From positions 558,001 to 622,000 of the forward strand of contig JBODTK010000015.1 in the NCBI GenBank assembly GCA_050613775.1: 64,000 bases of DNA, written 5' to 3'. The DNA comes from Neocallimastix sp. 'constans' (Eukaryota). Shown one piece after another: positions 40,771 to 54,600 of the stretch; positions within the stretch are counted from its first letter, which is position 1; the number at the start of each line of letters is the position of its first letter. The notes under the pieces are model-generated. The model was not told the DNA's origin and did no database searches. It was given only the letters and a program-made list of their open reading frames with translations. A program made the translations under genes and the position numbers.

Positions 40771-42414
40771 AATATTATTATAATAACATAAAAAAATAAC
40801 TAAAAATAGTAGAAAAAATTGATGAAATAAACATTATAATTGAAAATTATAAAAATTTGAAATTCTAGTTAATTAATAATGGAAGTCATAAAAGTAATAT
40901 TTTTGAATTATGGTTTAATTTCTTGATATAGAAAAATTCTCAACAATAAAATATAATTATACTGAACACTCAGTAAGACCGTCCAGTAGTGACAATTCTT
41001 CCAAAATGGAAGTGTGTGATAACCTCAATATTTTCACTGCCATTTAGGGGGGCTGAAACCAAGTACAGTAAACATTGGAAACAAACAAACAAACAAACAA
41101 AAAAAAAAAAAAAAAAAAAATTAAAATTCATAATATTTTTGTTTAAAAAAAGAATAATAATAATCTTTATAATTAAATTTTATTAGTTATTTATTTACTT
41201 ATAATTATTAGTTTTAAATTGTCACTTACAACTATATGCTTTGCTTTACTATTTTTCTTTATAGTATCATTTAATAATAAACTTTTTAATTAAATAAATA
41301 AATAAATTTTTATTAATAAAATTAAAAAAAAATTTTTTTAAATCACAAAATATTATTCCATACAAAGATAAAATTAATTAAATAATAAAATAATATATTA
41401 TTATTAATCATTATTATCTTATTATTATATAAATTATTATCCATATAAGGATAAAATTAAATGTTTAGTGGTAAATTTTAACATGGTTATTAACTCATGA
41501 TATAAAATGAAATATTCAAACCTTAATTAATATAAAATAGTTTTTATTATTCAAACATAAATTAATGTCATAAATCAAATTTAAATCTAATGATTTTACA
41601 ACAATTTCAATATGTGGCTTGATTTCTATATATTAATTATATTTATAATTAATGATAAATTTTATAGCATAAATCAATGTTTTAATTATATTCTTATTAT
41701 TTTATATTTTCTATTTATATAGCTATTAAACATTTCCTTAAATAATAATTATTAATAGTTTGTTCTAATAACAAGAGCAATTAATTAAATAGTTAATTAT
41801 AACTAAATAACATAAAAATAAAGCATTTCTCTGAATTAAGAGAAGTGTTGTGTTAAGATTAAAAATTATATTGTGTTTAGAAATGTTAAGTTAGTTTGTA
41901 ATTAAAAGTATAAGAAAGTTGTTAAATAGCCTTTTTAAATATATGTAGTTTTTAAATAAAAATAAATAAATAAATAAATAAATAATAAAATAATAAATTT
42001 AATAAATAAATCTCAACAAAAGTACATCGAACTTTTGAGTTGTATATCACTCATTATTATTAATTATTATTAGAATAAATTAAATATATTTAAATTAATA
42101 TTTAAATTTTTTTTTTATTTTAATTAAAACAAAATTATTAAAAATAATTTGATTTTGAAATTATTAAATATATATATATATTAGTTTTAAAATTAAAAAA
42201 TTTGGAAGTGAAAATGTCGATTTATTAATTTAAATCTTAAAAAGAGAAAAATAAAGTTTTTTAATTAATATGGAGTTAACGTTTTTTTTTTTTTTTTGTA
42301 CAAATGATGAAATATAAATATATAAAATTGACATTGCCACATATTTTTATGATTAATTGAAAATCTTTTTAATTAATTCAAAATTAATTAATCGAAACTC
42401 ATATATAATTTTTT

Positions 42415-42447
<33 letters not shown>

Positions 42448-42621
42448 AATTTATTATTTAATTAATGCATCAGTAATTCACTATAATACTTTATTATGAA
42501 TTATATTTCAATTAAATTTTAACCTTAAAAAAAATATATAAATATATATAAAATGGAAATATATTCTTTTTTTTTCATTTTTATTCAACGTTTCTTTTAA
42601 TACTTTTAATATTATAATAAA

Positions 42622-45600
42622 ATGCTACTGAAATATTTTAAGTAATATATATATATTAATGCATAATTTAGTTGTTAAAGATATAATGTTTTACATAATT
42701 TTCTAAATTATTTAAATTTAATTTATAATTTCTTAATAAAAATATAGAATACTATATATTGTTTTATTTCAAGAATTTTTAATAAATTTTGTAAAAGCCC
42801 AGAGTAAATTACCTATAATTAAAATTTCAAATTTCATTATTTTATTTATTTTAAATATAAAAATAATTTAATAAATTATTATTTATTATTATTATTATTA
42901 TTTTAAAAATATGAATATGACTTAAATAACTAAAATTTATCATTAAATAACATATCGATATTATTTTATGCATAAATAATAAATATTTAATGTTAATATA
43001 TTTATTATTTCAATATATTTTTTAATTTTATTCCTTTTTTTATTTAAATAAAAATACAATAATTTAGATTTTAAGGAAGGTATGAAAAAATAATATATTT
43101 TAAAAAAATATATCAGTGATTTTTTTTTTTTTTACTTTGTAGTTTAGAGATAAAAATTATAAAGATATTTTTTATTTTTGTTATAGATATAGCTAATTTT
43201 TTAAATGGTTAAAAATAAATCATTTAAAAAATTAACTACAAAGAAATTTGAAATATTAGGTTTAATAAATTATATTTGTATTTAATTTTTGAGTTTATAA
43301 ATTTTATACTGAAATACTAAAAAAAAAAAAACTAATATATTTATAATATTTCTTTAGTTTGTTCTGCTGGTAAATTGGATAAATATATATATATATATAT
43401 ATACATTTAGTATATAATAAATTTAAAATAATTATATATATTAAAGTTATTGCCTTTTTTTACAATATTACTATATATTTAAATATATATATGTAAATAT
43501 TATTAATACAATATTTATGAATAGGGGTGGATACATGTACCGAGTGTAAATATCATTTATAATATATTGATATAATAAAATATATTATTATAATTAAATT
43601 ATTGTTAGAAAATGTTAAAGTTGCCTTTTTTATTATAATAATAATCTACTTATTAATATTTAACATTTCTTTTTAAATAATTTATTTGTAATTTTATAAA
43701 ATATTTGAAAAATATTGTAAAATAATAATAAAAATAAAGCCTGCAAGAGTTTTTGTAAGTCTTTCTTAATTATAAAATTTTATTTATTATTATTAATAAT
43801 ATTATATTTAATATAATAATATTATAAATTTTATCATTTTTAATTATATTTTTTATTAACACTATATATAATGCTTTTATTATAAAATATATTTAATAAT
43901 TTAATAAAAATTACATTTAATATTATTATTTTTTAAACACTTTAAAAAACATAAAATTTATTATTTAATATTAAAAATGGTTATTATATATATCATAAAA
44001 TTTATAATTTTATATTATAAACTATTTTACATATATGTAGTCGGTAAGTAAAACAACATAATTAAAAATATTTAATCATTATTTAAATTATTCTATTTAC
44101 TTCAATATTAAATGTATTTATTATATTTGGGCTAACTATATATATTTTCTATTTTATTTGCTTATTTAGAAGGTAGATATATATAAGTATTATTAAATAA
44201 TGTTCAATACATTTTTAATACATTCAGATTAATTATATATTAAATATATTAAATGTATTTTAAAATTTATTTGTTTAAATTCATTTATTTAAATAGTTCG
44301 TAAGTATAATTATATATTTAAATATATTATTAAAAAATAGTAATAATAAAAAAAAAACTAAAAATATTTGTTGAATAATACTTATTATAAATACTTTAAA
44401 TAAATAATTATTATAAAATTTTATATAAAAAAATATTTTATATAAATAGATCGTAAGTATAAATATATATTTAAATATACTATAAAATTTTTTTGAACGT
44501 TATTGTAAATAACATAAATTTATTATAAATATTTTTAAATATTTAAATATTATAAAATTTATACTACAAATTATTTTATATAAATAGCCTGTAAATATCA
44601 ATTTATGTTAAGTTATTAAATTAAATATTATTGAAATTAATTTGAAAAAACCATACATTTATTATAAATATTATAAATATTTAAATATTATTAATTATAT
44701 ACCACAAATTATTTCATATAAATAGGGAGTAAGTATAAATTTATGTTTAGTTATTATTAATAATTTTTGAAATTAATTGTAAAAAATATGTACTTACTAT
44801 CAATCAATCAAATATTTATTTATTAATTATTATCAATCATCCAAATATTTAATTATTATAAATTTTATAACACAAATTATTTCATATAAATAGCCTGTAA
44901 GTATAAATATACATTTAGATATTATTAAAATTTTTTGAATAATTTGTAAATAACATATAACTATTTTCAATTATTCATATAATTAATTAATATATATTTT
45001 ATATTACAAATCATTTTATTTAAATAGCCTGTAAGTATAAATATACATTTAGATATTATTAAAATTTTTTGAATAATTTGTAAATAACATATAACTATTT
45101 TCAATTATTCATATAATTAATTAATATATATTTTATATTACAAATCATTTTATTTAAATAGACGGTAAGTATGAATATATATTTAAATAGATCATTAAAA
45201 TTTTTTTTGAAGAAAACTGATTTATAGATAGCATATATTAATTATCAATCATGCAAATATTCGATTATAATAAATTTTATAATACAAATTATTCCATATA
45301 AATAGTCCGTAAGTATAAATATATATTTAGATATTATTAAAATTTTTTGAATAATTTGTAAATAACATATATCTATTTTCAATTATTCATATAATTAATT
45401 AACATATATTTTATATTCCATATCATTTTATTTAAATAGACGGTAAGTATAAATATAAATTTAAATGTATTATTAAAATTTTTTTAAAAACTAATTTTAG
45501 ACAACATATATTTATTATAAATATATTAAATTTTAACTACAAATTACTTTATCTAAATAGGCAGTAAGTATAAATATATATTTAAATGTATCATTAAAAT

Positions 45601-48600
45601 TTTTTTAAAAACTAATTTTAGACAACATATATTTATTATGAATATTTTAAATATTGAATAATTGTAAATTTTATAATACAAATTATTTCATATCAGTAGG
45701 GGGTAAATATGAATTTATGTTTAGTTATTATTAAATATTATTGAAATTAATATGTAAATAACATATACTTATTATCAATCATTCAAATATTTGATTATTA
45801 TAAATTTTGTTTTATAAATTCTTTTATATAAATAGGATGTAAGTATAAATTTATGCTTAAATATATTATTAAAATTTTTTAAAATTAATTGTAAAATAAT
45901 ATATAGATTATTAATCATTAAAGTATTTAATCCTTAAAATATTTAATTATTATAAAATAAAAGTAAATGACATATATTTATTATTAATCATTCATATATA
46001 TTCGATTATTATAAATTTTGCATTATAAATTGTTTTATATAAACAGGGAGTAAGTATAAATATAAAATTAAATTTATTATTAGTTTTTTTTGAAATTAAT
46101 TTGTAAATTATACTCATTTATCAACCATTCGAATATTTAATTATTAATAATTTTATAATATAACTGGTTTAATGTAAATAGCTCGTAAGTACAAATATAT
46201 ATTTAATTTTATTATTAAAAAATTTTTTAAATGAATTTTTAATAACATATATTTATTATCAATAATTCAAACATTTAATTATAAATTTTATATTAATAAT
46301 AATATATAAATAGCATGTAAGTATATTTATTTAAGTAGATTAATAAAATTTTTTTTAAAATTATATATATTTATAATTAATCATTTAAATATTTAACTAT
46401 TATAAAATTTATATTATAAATCATTTCATTAAAAATCATTTATATAATTTGATTATTATTATTAATATTCTATTACAAATTATTTCATATAAATAGGGCG
46501 TAAGTATAAATATATAATTAAATTTATTATTAGTACTTTTTTGAAATTAATTGTAAATAACCTAAATTTTTTATCAATCATTTAAATATTTAATTATTAT
46601 ATATTTTATATTATTAATTATACTATTTAAATTTAAATAGCTATTAGTAAGTATAAATGTTTATTTAACTTTATTATTAAAAATTGTCAAATATAATCAT
46701 AAATAACATATATTTATTATACATATCTTCAATATTTAATTATCTAAAAATTATTTCATATTAATAGATAGTAAGTATAAATATATTCTAATTTAATATA
46801 AATAATTTATTGAAATTAATGATAAATAAAAAATATTTATAATAAATTTTTTAAAATATTTAATTATTATAATATTTATTCAAAAATTTAATTATATAAA
46901 TAGGCCGTAAGTATAAATATATAATTAAATTTATTATTAATATTTTTTTTTTTTGAAAATAATAATAAATAACCTATATTTATTATAAATATTTTAAATA
47001 TGTAATTATTATAATTTTTATAAAAAAATATTTAAATAAATAGTAGGTAAGTATAAGTTTATACTAAAATGATATTAAAAATTTTTGAAATGCTATTGTC
47101 AATAAACATATATTTATTATCAATTAAATTAAAATATTTAATTATTATCAAATTTTTATTATAAATTATTTCATATAATAGCTAGTAAGTATAAGTATAA
47201 ATATATATATAAGTATATTATAAAAAATTTTAAAACTAATTGTATTAACATATATTTATTATAAATATTTTTAATATTTAATAATTATACAATTTATACT
47301 ACAAATTGTTTTATATAAATAGGCCGTAAGTTTAAATACATATATTAAGTATACTTTAAAAAATTTTTGAAACTAATTGTATTAACATATATTTATTATT
47401 AATTAAATTAAAATATTTAATTATCAAATTTTTATTATAAATTATTTCATATAATAGTTAGTAAGTATAAATATATATATAAGTATATTATAAAATTTTT
47501 TTGAAACTAATTGTATTAACATATATTTATTATAAATATTTTTAATATTTAATAATTATACAATTTATACTACAAATTGTTTTATATAAATAGGAAGTAA
47601 GTTTAAATATATATATATTAAGTATACTTTAAAAAATTTTTGAAACTAATTGTATTAACATATATTTATTATAAATATTTTTAATATTTAATAATTATAC
47701 AATTTATACTACAAATTACTTTATCTAAATAGACTGTAGGTTTTAAATATATATTTAAATGGATTATTAGAATTTTTTAAAATTAATTTTATAATAATAT
47801 TTATTATCAATCGTTCAAATATTTAATTATTATAAATTTTATAATATAAATTGTTTCATATAATTAGATTATAAAGTATAAATAATATACTTTAAAATAT
47901 TTATAAAAATTTAAAATTTTTTGAAATTAATTTTAAATATCATATATTTATAATAATTTTTTTATATATTAATTATTATAAATTTTTTTTTTACTATAAA
48001 TTATATAAATAAATAGGCAGTAAATATAAATAAATAATTAATTATATTAAAAATAACATTTGAAATTGTAAATAACAAATATTTTAATAATATTAATAAT
48101 ATTATATTACAAATTATTTCATATAAAAAGATGGTAAGATTAATTTTTTGTTTAATTGTTATTAAAAAATTTTAAAAATAATTGAAAATAACATATATTT
48201 ATTATAAATATTTTTAATATTTAATAATTATAAAATTTTAACTACAAATTACTTTATCTAAATAGGCAGTAAGTATAAATATATATTTAAATGTATCATT
48301 AAAATTTTTTTAAAAACTAATTTTAGACAACATATATTTATTATAAATATTTTAAATATTGAATAATTGTAAATTTTATAATACAAATTATTTCATATCA
48401 ATAGGGGGTAAATATGAATTTTATGTTTAGTTATTATTAAATATTATTAAAATTAATATGTAAATAATATATACTTATTATCAATCATTCAAATATTTGA
48501 TTATTATAAATTTTGTATTATAAATTCTTTTATATAAATAGGCCGTAAGTATAAATAATATACTTTAATATTATATTAAAAAATTAAAAATTTATAATAA

Positions 48601-51600
48601 ATAACATATATTTATCAAAAATATTTTCAATATTTGTTTTTATTAATACTATACTACAAATTATTTTATTATAAACAGCGTGTAAGTAAATATATAATTA
48701 AATATATAATAATTTTTTTTGGAATTAATTGTATAATATATATTACATATATTTATTTTCAATCATTCAAATATTTGATTATTATTAATTTTATGCTGCA
48801 AAATATTACATGTAAATAGGCGGTAAGTATAAATATATAATTAAATATTTTATTAATAGTTTTTAAAACTAATTATAAATAATTAATATCTATTATCAAT
48901 TATTCAAAAATTTAATTATTGTAAATTTTTTAAACTGTTTCATACAAATAGTTAGTAAGTATAAATAATATAATTAAATGTATTAATAAAATTTTTTAAA
49001 AATTAATTGTAAATAACATATATTTATTATAAATATTATAAATATTAAATAATTGTAATTTTTAAAATACAAATTATTTCATATCAATAGGAGGTAAATA
49101 TGAATTTTATGTTTAGTTATTATTAAATATTATTAAAATTAATATGTAAATAATATATACTTATTATCAATCATTCAAATATTTGATTATTATAAATTTT
49201 GTATTATAAATTCTTTTATATAAATAGGCCGTAAGTATAAATTTATCCTAAAAGATATTATTAAAAAATTTTGAAATTAATTGTATGTTGCATTTATTTA
49301 TTATTTATATTCTAAATATTTGATTATTAAAAAATTATGATACAAAATATTTTGAATAAATAGCCTGTAAGTATAAATTTATGTTTAAATATATTATTAA
49401 AATTTTTTAAAATTAATTGTAAAATAATATATAGATTATTAATCATTAAAGTATTTAATTCTTAAAATATTTAATTATTATAAATTAATATTATAAATTA
49501 TTTCATATAAATAGATAGTAAGTATAAATATATAGTTTAATATATATATAAAATATTATAAAATTAATTATTAATAAACTCTATTTGTTATAAATCATTT
49601 ATATAATTTGATTATTATTAATATTATACTACAAATTATTTCATATAAATAGAAAGTAAGTTTAAATATATATTTAAATATATTGTAAAAAAAAAAAAAG
49701 AAAATTAAAATAAATTGTAAATAAACATATATTTAATATAAATATTTTAAATATTTAAATATTATTAATATTATACTACAAATTATTTTGTATAAATAGA
49801 AAGTAAGTATAAATTTATATTTTTATATATTTTTGAAATTAATTGAAAATAACTAATGTTTATTATAAATATGTTAAATATTTAATTATTATTAATTTTA
49901 TACTACAAAATTATTTCATATAAATAGGTGGTATGTATAAATATATATTTAATTTTTATTATTAAAATTTTTTGGATGTAATTGTAAATAACAAAATATT
50001 TATTTATTATTAATTTTATACTACAAAATATTTCATATAAAATAGTTGGTATGTATAAATTTATGCCTGGATATTATTAAAAATTTTTGAAATTATTAAA
50101 ATTAATTTAATAAACATATATTTATATATAAATATATATAATTAATGTTTGATAATTTTATATTTTTAATTTTATATTGCTAATTGTTTCAAATGAAAAG
50201 AACGTGAGCATATATATAAATATAAATTTAAAAATATATTAAATAATTATATATGAGTATTAAAAAATATATTTAAAATATTTAATAAATTTTAATATTA
50301 TATAATTAATAATTCTGTATAAAATAGTCAGTAAGTATAAATAAATATATATTACTTTGTTAATAAAATTATTTAAATTATAATAATTAAAATACATTTT
50401 AAAAAAAAATTTAAAAAAATTATATATTAATTTATATATTTTATTTATTGTTACTCATAAATAGTATGTAAGTATAAATATATAGTAAATACATTATAAA
50501 TGCATTTAAATTTATTATAATTAATTTATTTATAAATTATATCTTAATAAATATTTTAAATAATAATATATATTTTTAATTTTTATTTAAAAATTTATTT
50601 TATATAAATAGTTGGAACGGATGGTAAATATGAAATAATGAAATTATATGAATTAATAATAAAAAAATTTTTTTTTAATAAAAGTGCTTAAAAAATATTA
50701 ATAATATTTAAATTAAATTGTACATAAAATATATCTAATTTATTTTAAAAAAAATAAAATAATTTAAAATAAAATTATTTTATTTTATTTTTTTTTTTAA
50801 ATAAAATGGTATATTTAAATAGAAGTAAAGATAATTATAAAGTTAAATTTATTTTATAAGTTTATAGAATATTTTAATAATATCTTATATATATTTAATT
50901 TTTACTTATTTTTATGATAATTTTAATTATTCCCAAATAAAAAATGTCAATAAAATATATCATAAAACTTTAAATATTAATATATTATAAAAGGTATATA
51001 TATTTATATAAATTTATTATAATTAATAATTCATAAAATATACATTTACTAATTATATTTATATTTAAATTTATTCAATACAATACAATATAAATATAAA
51101 TAGGATGTAAGTATAAATTATCATATTGAAATGTTAATTTAAACGTTATTAAATATAAATAAATCAAATATTCAAATCTTTAAAATTGATTTTTATAAAA
51201 TTAATATTATATCATAAATTAAATTTACTTTAATAGTAGGTAAATACTGAATATTAGAAAATTATCAAAATTAATAAAATTAAATATATATAAATTCATA
51301 TTTTAAATATTTTATCTATAAAAAAAATATTTTTTCTTATAAGATAACAAAAGTGGTAAGTATATTATAATATTATTATAAATAAATAAATATATATATA
51401 ATATTAATTAAAGCTATAAAAAATTAAAATAGAATTATTTTTTTTACTAACTTAATTCAATATTTTAAAAATAATTAATATTTATATTAATGTAAAGGAT
51501 ATAATGATTGTGTTAATCGTAAGTAAAATTAAAGTTTTTAAATAATAATAATTATTAAATAAAAAAAAATTAATATGAATAATATATTTAAATAATTATT

Positions 51601-54600
51601 TTAAAAACTAATTAAATTAAATAATATTAAATTATATATTATAAATGTTAAAATTTATTGAATTTTGATATTTAAATTGATACGAACATTTTTTTTTTCA
51701 TAAATTATATAATATAATTCTTAAAATATTATTTAAAGAATGCACTGGTAAGTATTAAAAAAATAATATATATATGTATATATATTTATTTATTTAAAAG
51801 TATTATAAATTCATCAAAATTAAAATTTTAAATAATATTTTTATCAATATATCAAATTTATATTACATAAATAATTCATATAATTAAATAATAATAATAT
51901 TTTATTATTATTATTATTATTATTATTATAATTATTATTATTATTATAATTATTATTATTATTATTATTTATAAATTAAAAATTTATTTTTTTGCTTCTA
52001 CTTTGTTGAATTTTTAAATATTTAATTATTTAGATATTTGTGGTAAGTAATTTTACTATAAATTTTTTTTCTTTTTAAAATAAATATATATATATATATT
52101 ATATATATATATAATTATTAATGATTTCATATAAAAATATTAGAAATATAAAAAAATAATTTTTAAGCATTAAAAATATTTTATTAATAATATTTTTTTA
52201 ATTAATTTACTATTTATTTTTATTATTTTTTATAATTTATAAATTATCATTAATAGAAACGGATAATAATTGTCAAACATGTAATTATAATAAATAATTT
52301 TTTATTTTTTTAATTAAAATATTTATATTAAATTCAATTAGAATTTTATATATTAAATTAATAAATATTTCTTTATATATTTTAAAAAAAATTCACTTTT
52401 AAAATGTGAATAGGTTGTAAATCTGGTAATTAAATATATATATATATACAAAATAAAATAAAAAAAAATTCTTTTTAAAGTTTTATATTTATAAGGATTA
52501 ACAATAAGAAAATAATTTTTTTTATTTTAATAAAAATTTTTTATTAAATTAAATGAAACATATAAAAAAAAATATATTTTAAAAATTTATAAAAAAATAT
52601 ACAACTCGATTAAAAATATTAAATAATTTAAAAAAAAAATTTAATTATTTAAAAAATTTATTTTAACATATATGTATCGAAAATAAAAATATATAATTTT
52701 TTTTTATAATTTAATATTTTTACATTTCTAATTTAAATTATAAGCTTGTGAAGAAGGTAAATAAAATTTTAATAATAAATTAATCATAATAATATGATAA
52801 TATAATATAATATAATGTGATATAATATGATAAAATTATTAAACATTTATTTTATTTTAATTTCTTTTCTATATGATTTATAAATTATCAATATTATTTA
52901 TCATTATATCTACAAATTTTAAAATATATTTTAACAAATAATTTTTAGGTCTTAAATCATTTAATAAAGGTATAAATAAATAATAGTATGATAAATATAA
53001 AATGAATCCAAAAAATAATATTTAAAATTTTTATAATTTTTATAATTTTTATTACAAAAAATAAATGTATTTTTTATGTTAATAAATATAATATATATAT
53101 ATTATATTATATATATTGTTTAATTTGATAAAATATAAAAATTAAAACATTTATATATTAAATTTTGAATCAATAAAAATAAAAAAAAAACTTAAATGAA
53201 TAAAATATAACAGATAATAATTCCAGAATAACAATAAAACCAAATTACTGCGAAACTTGTAAGTATTATTAATATATATTAAAATTAAGGATTAATCGTC
53301 AAAAATAAAAAAAAATAATAATAAAAGTAATAGTAATTCCTATTCCAAAATACCTAATAATATAATAATAATAATATAAATTTAAAGAAAAAAATATGAA
53401 AATATAAAAATGTAAAAATTAGTAATAAAGTTAAAAAATATACAAATATGTATTAATTAAAAATTATATAAGATTCATTAATGTAAAGAAAAAATTTAAA
53501 AATTTCTTTACATTAATGAAAGTTTTTTCTTTTATCATCAATATTTAAAAAAAAATATGTATATTTATTTAATTATTTAGATATAAAATATTTTTTTGAA
53601 ATTATAATTTTATTATTGAAATATATAATTATCTTTATATATATTTAGTTTATTTTAATGGATAAAAATATAAGAATTTAAATAATTAAACTATTTGTTA
53701 TTAATATATATTTTTATAATTAATATTAATAAACTTGAAAAATAATAATAATTATAATAATAAAAAACATAAATAAAATAAAATGAAAAGGTAAGCTATT
53801 TATTGAATGAATATAATAATAAATTAAAATTATAAAAATAATAATTAAATATTTTATATTAAGACATAATAATATTGAAATTCTTTAATAAATAATTAAA
53901 ATATTGATGTTTTTAACAAATATATTCTATTAATATATAAAATAAAACTCTATTATTTTATAATAATAAAATAATTTATATGATTAAATATTTTTTTTTA
54001 AAAAATAATAGTTTGTACAGAAGGTAAAAATATTAAATATAATTGAATGGTATTTTTATATTTTAAATATATTACAAAGAAGCTTTTCTAAAAATATATT
54101 AACTTGTTTCCTTTTTTATAATTAATTAATTAATTAATTATTTATTTATTTATAATAAAAGAATGGAATGGATGTGAAAACTATTTTAATGGTAAATAAA
54201 TATTATTGCTTAATTAAAATAAATAAACAAAAAATAATAATAGCATTAAAAATAATTATTAATATCTTTAATATTAATATTTATAAATATTATTATTTAA
54301 TGGAAAAATAATTATTAAATAAAATTTTAAATATATTTCAAAATATTTTAATTAATATATATTCGAAAATAAAAATATTTCAATTATATAAATGAATAAA
54401 AATATACTTATATATATTTTAATTTAATTAATAATTTATTTATTCATTGTTGATATTATATCCATTATTATTTGTAATGTATCATTAATTAATAAATGAT
54501 TTTATTCAAAGAAAATGATTGCGAAAAGGGTAAAATAAAATTATATTATTATATTTTAATTTTTTATTGAAATATTTATAATTTTTTTATTAGTAATAAA

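Noticed and set aside
48634..48819. 61-aa ORF within the cassette array
   Set aside because: It runs through intron sequence and has no ATG start.
44030..50480. CRISPR array or plain satellite interpretation of the ~135-bp repeats
   Set aside because: The context is eukaryotic, there are no cas genes, and the variable part is only 3 nt bounded by canonical splice signals. The best-conserved positions are AG and GT.
50820..50830. Possible 2-nt exon TAG|AA|GTAAAG
   Set aside because: Including it shifts the phase and makes the exon at 51237 a stop codon. The donor is weak, so it was left out of the model.
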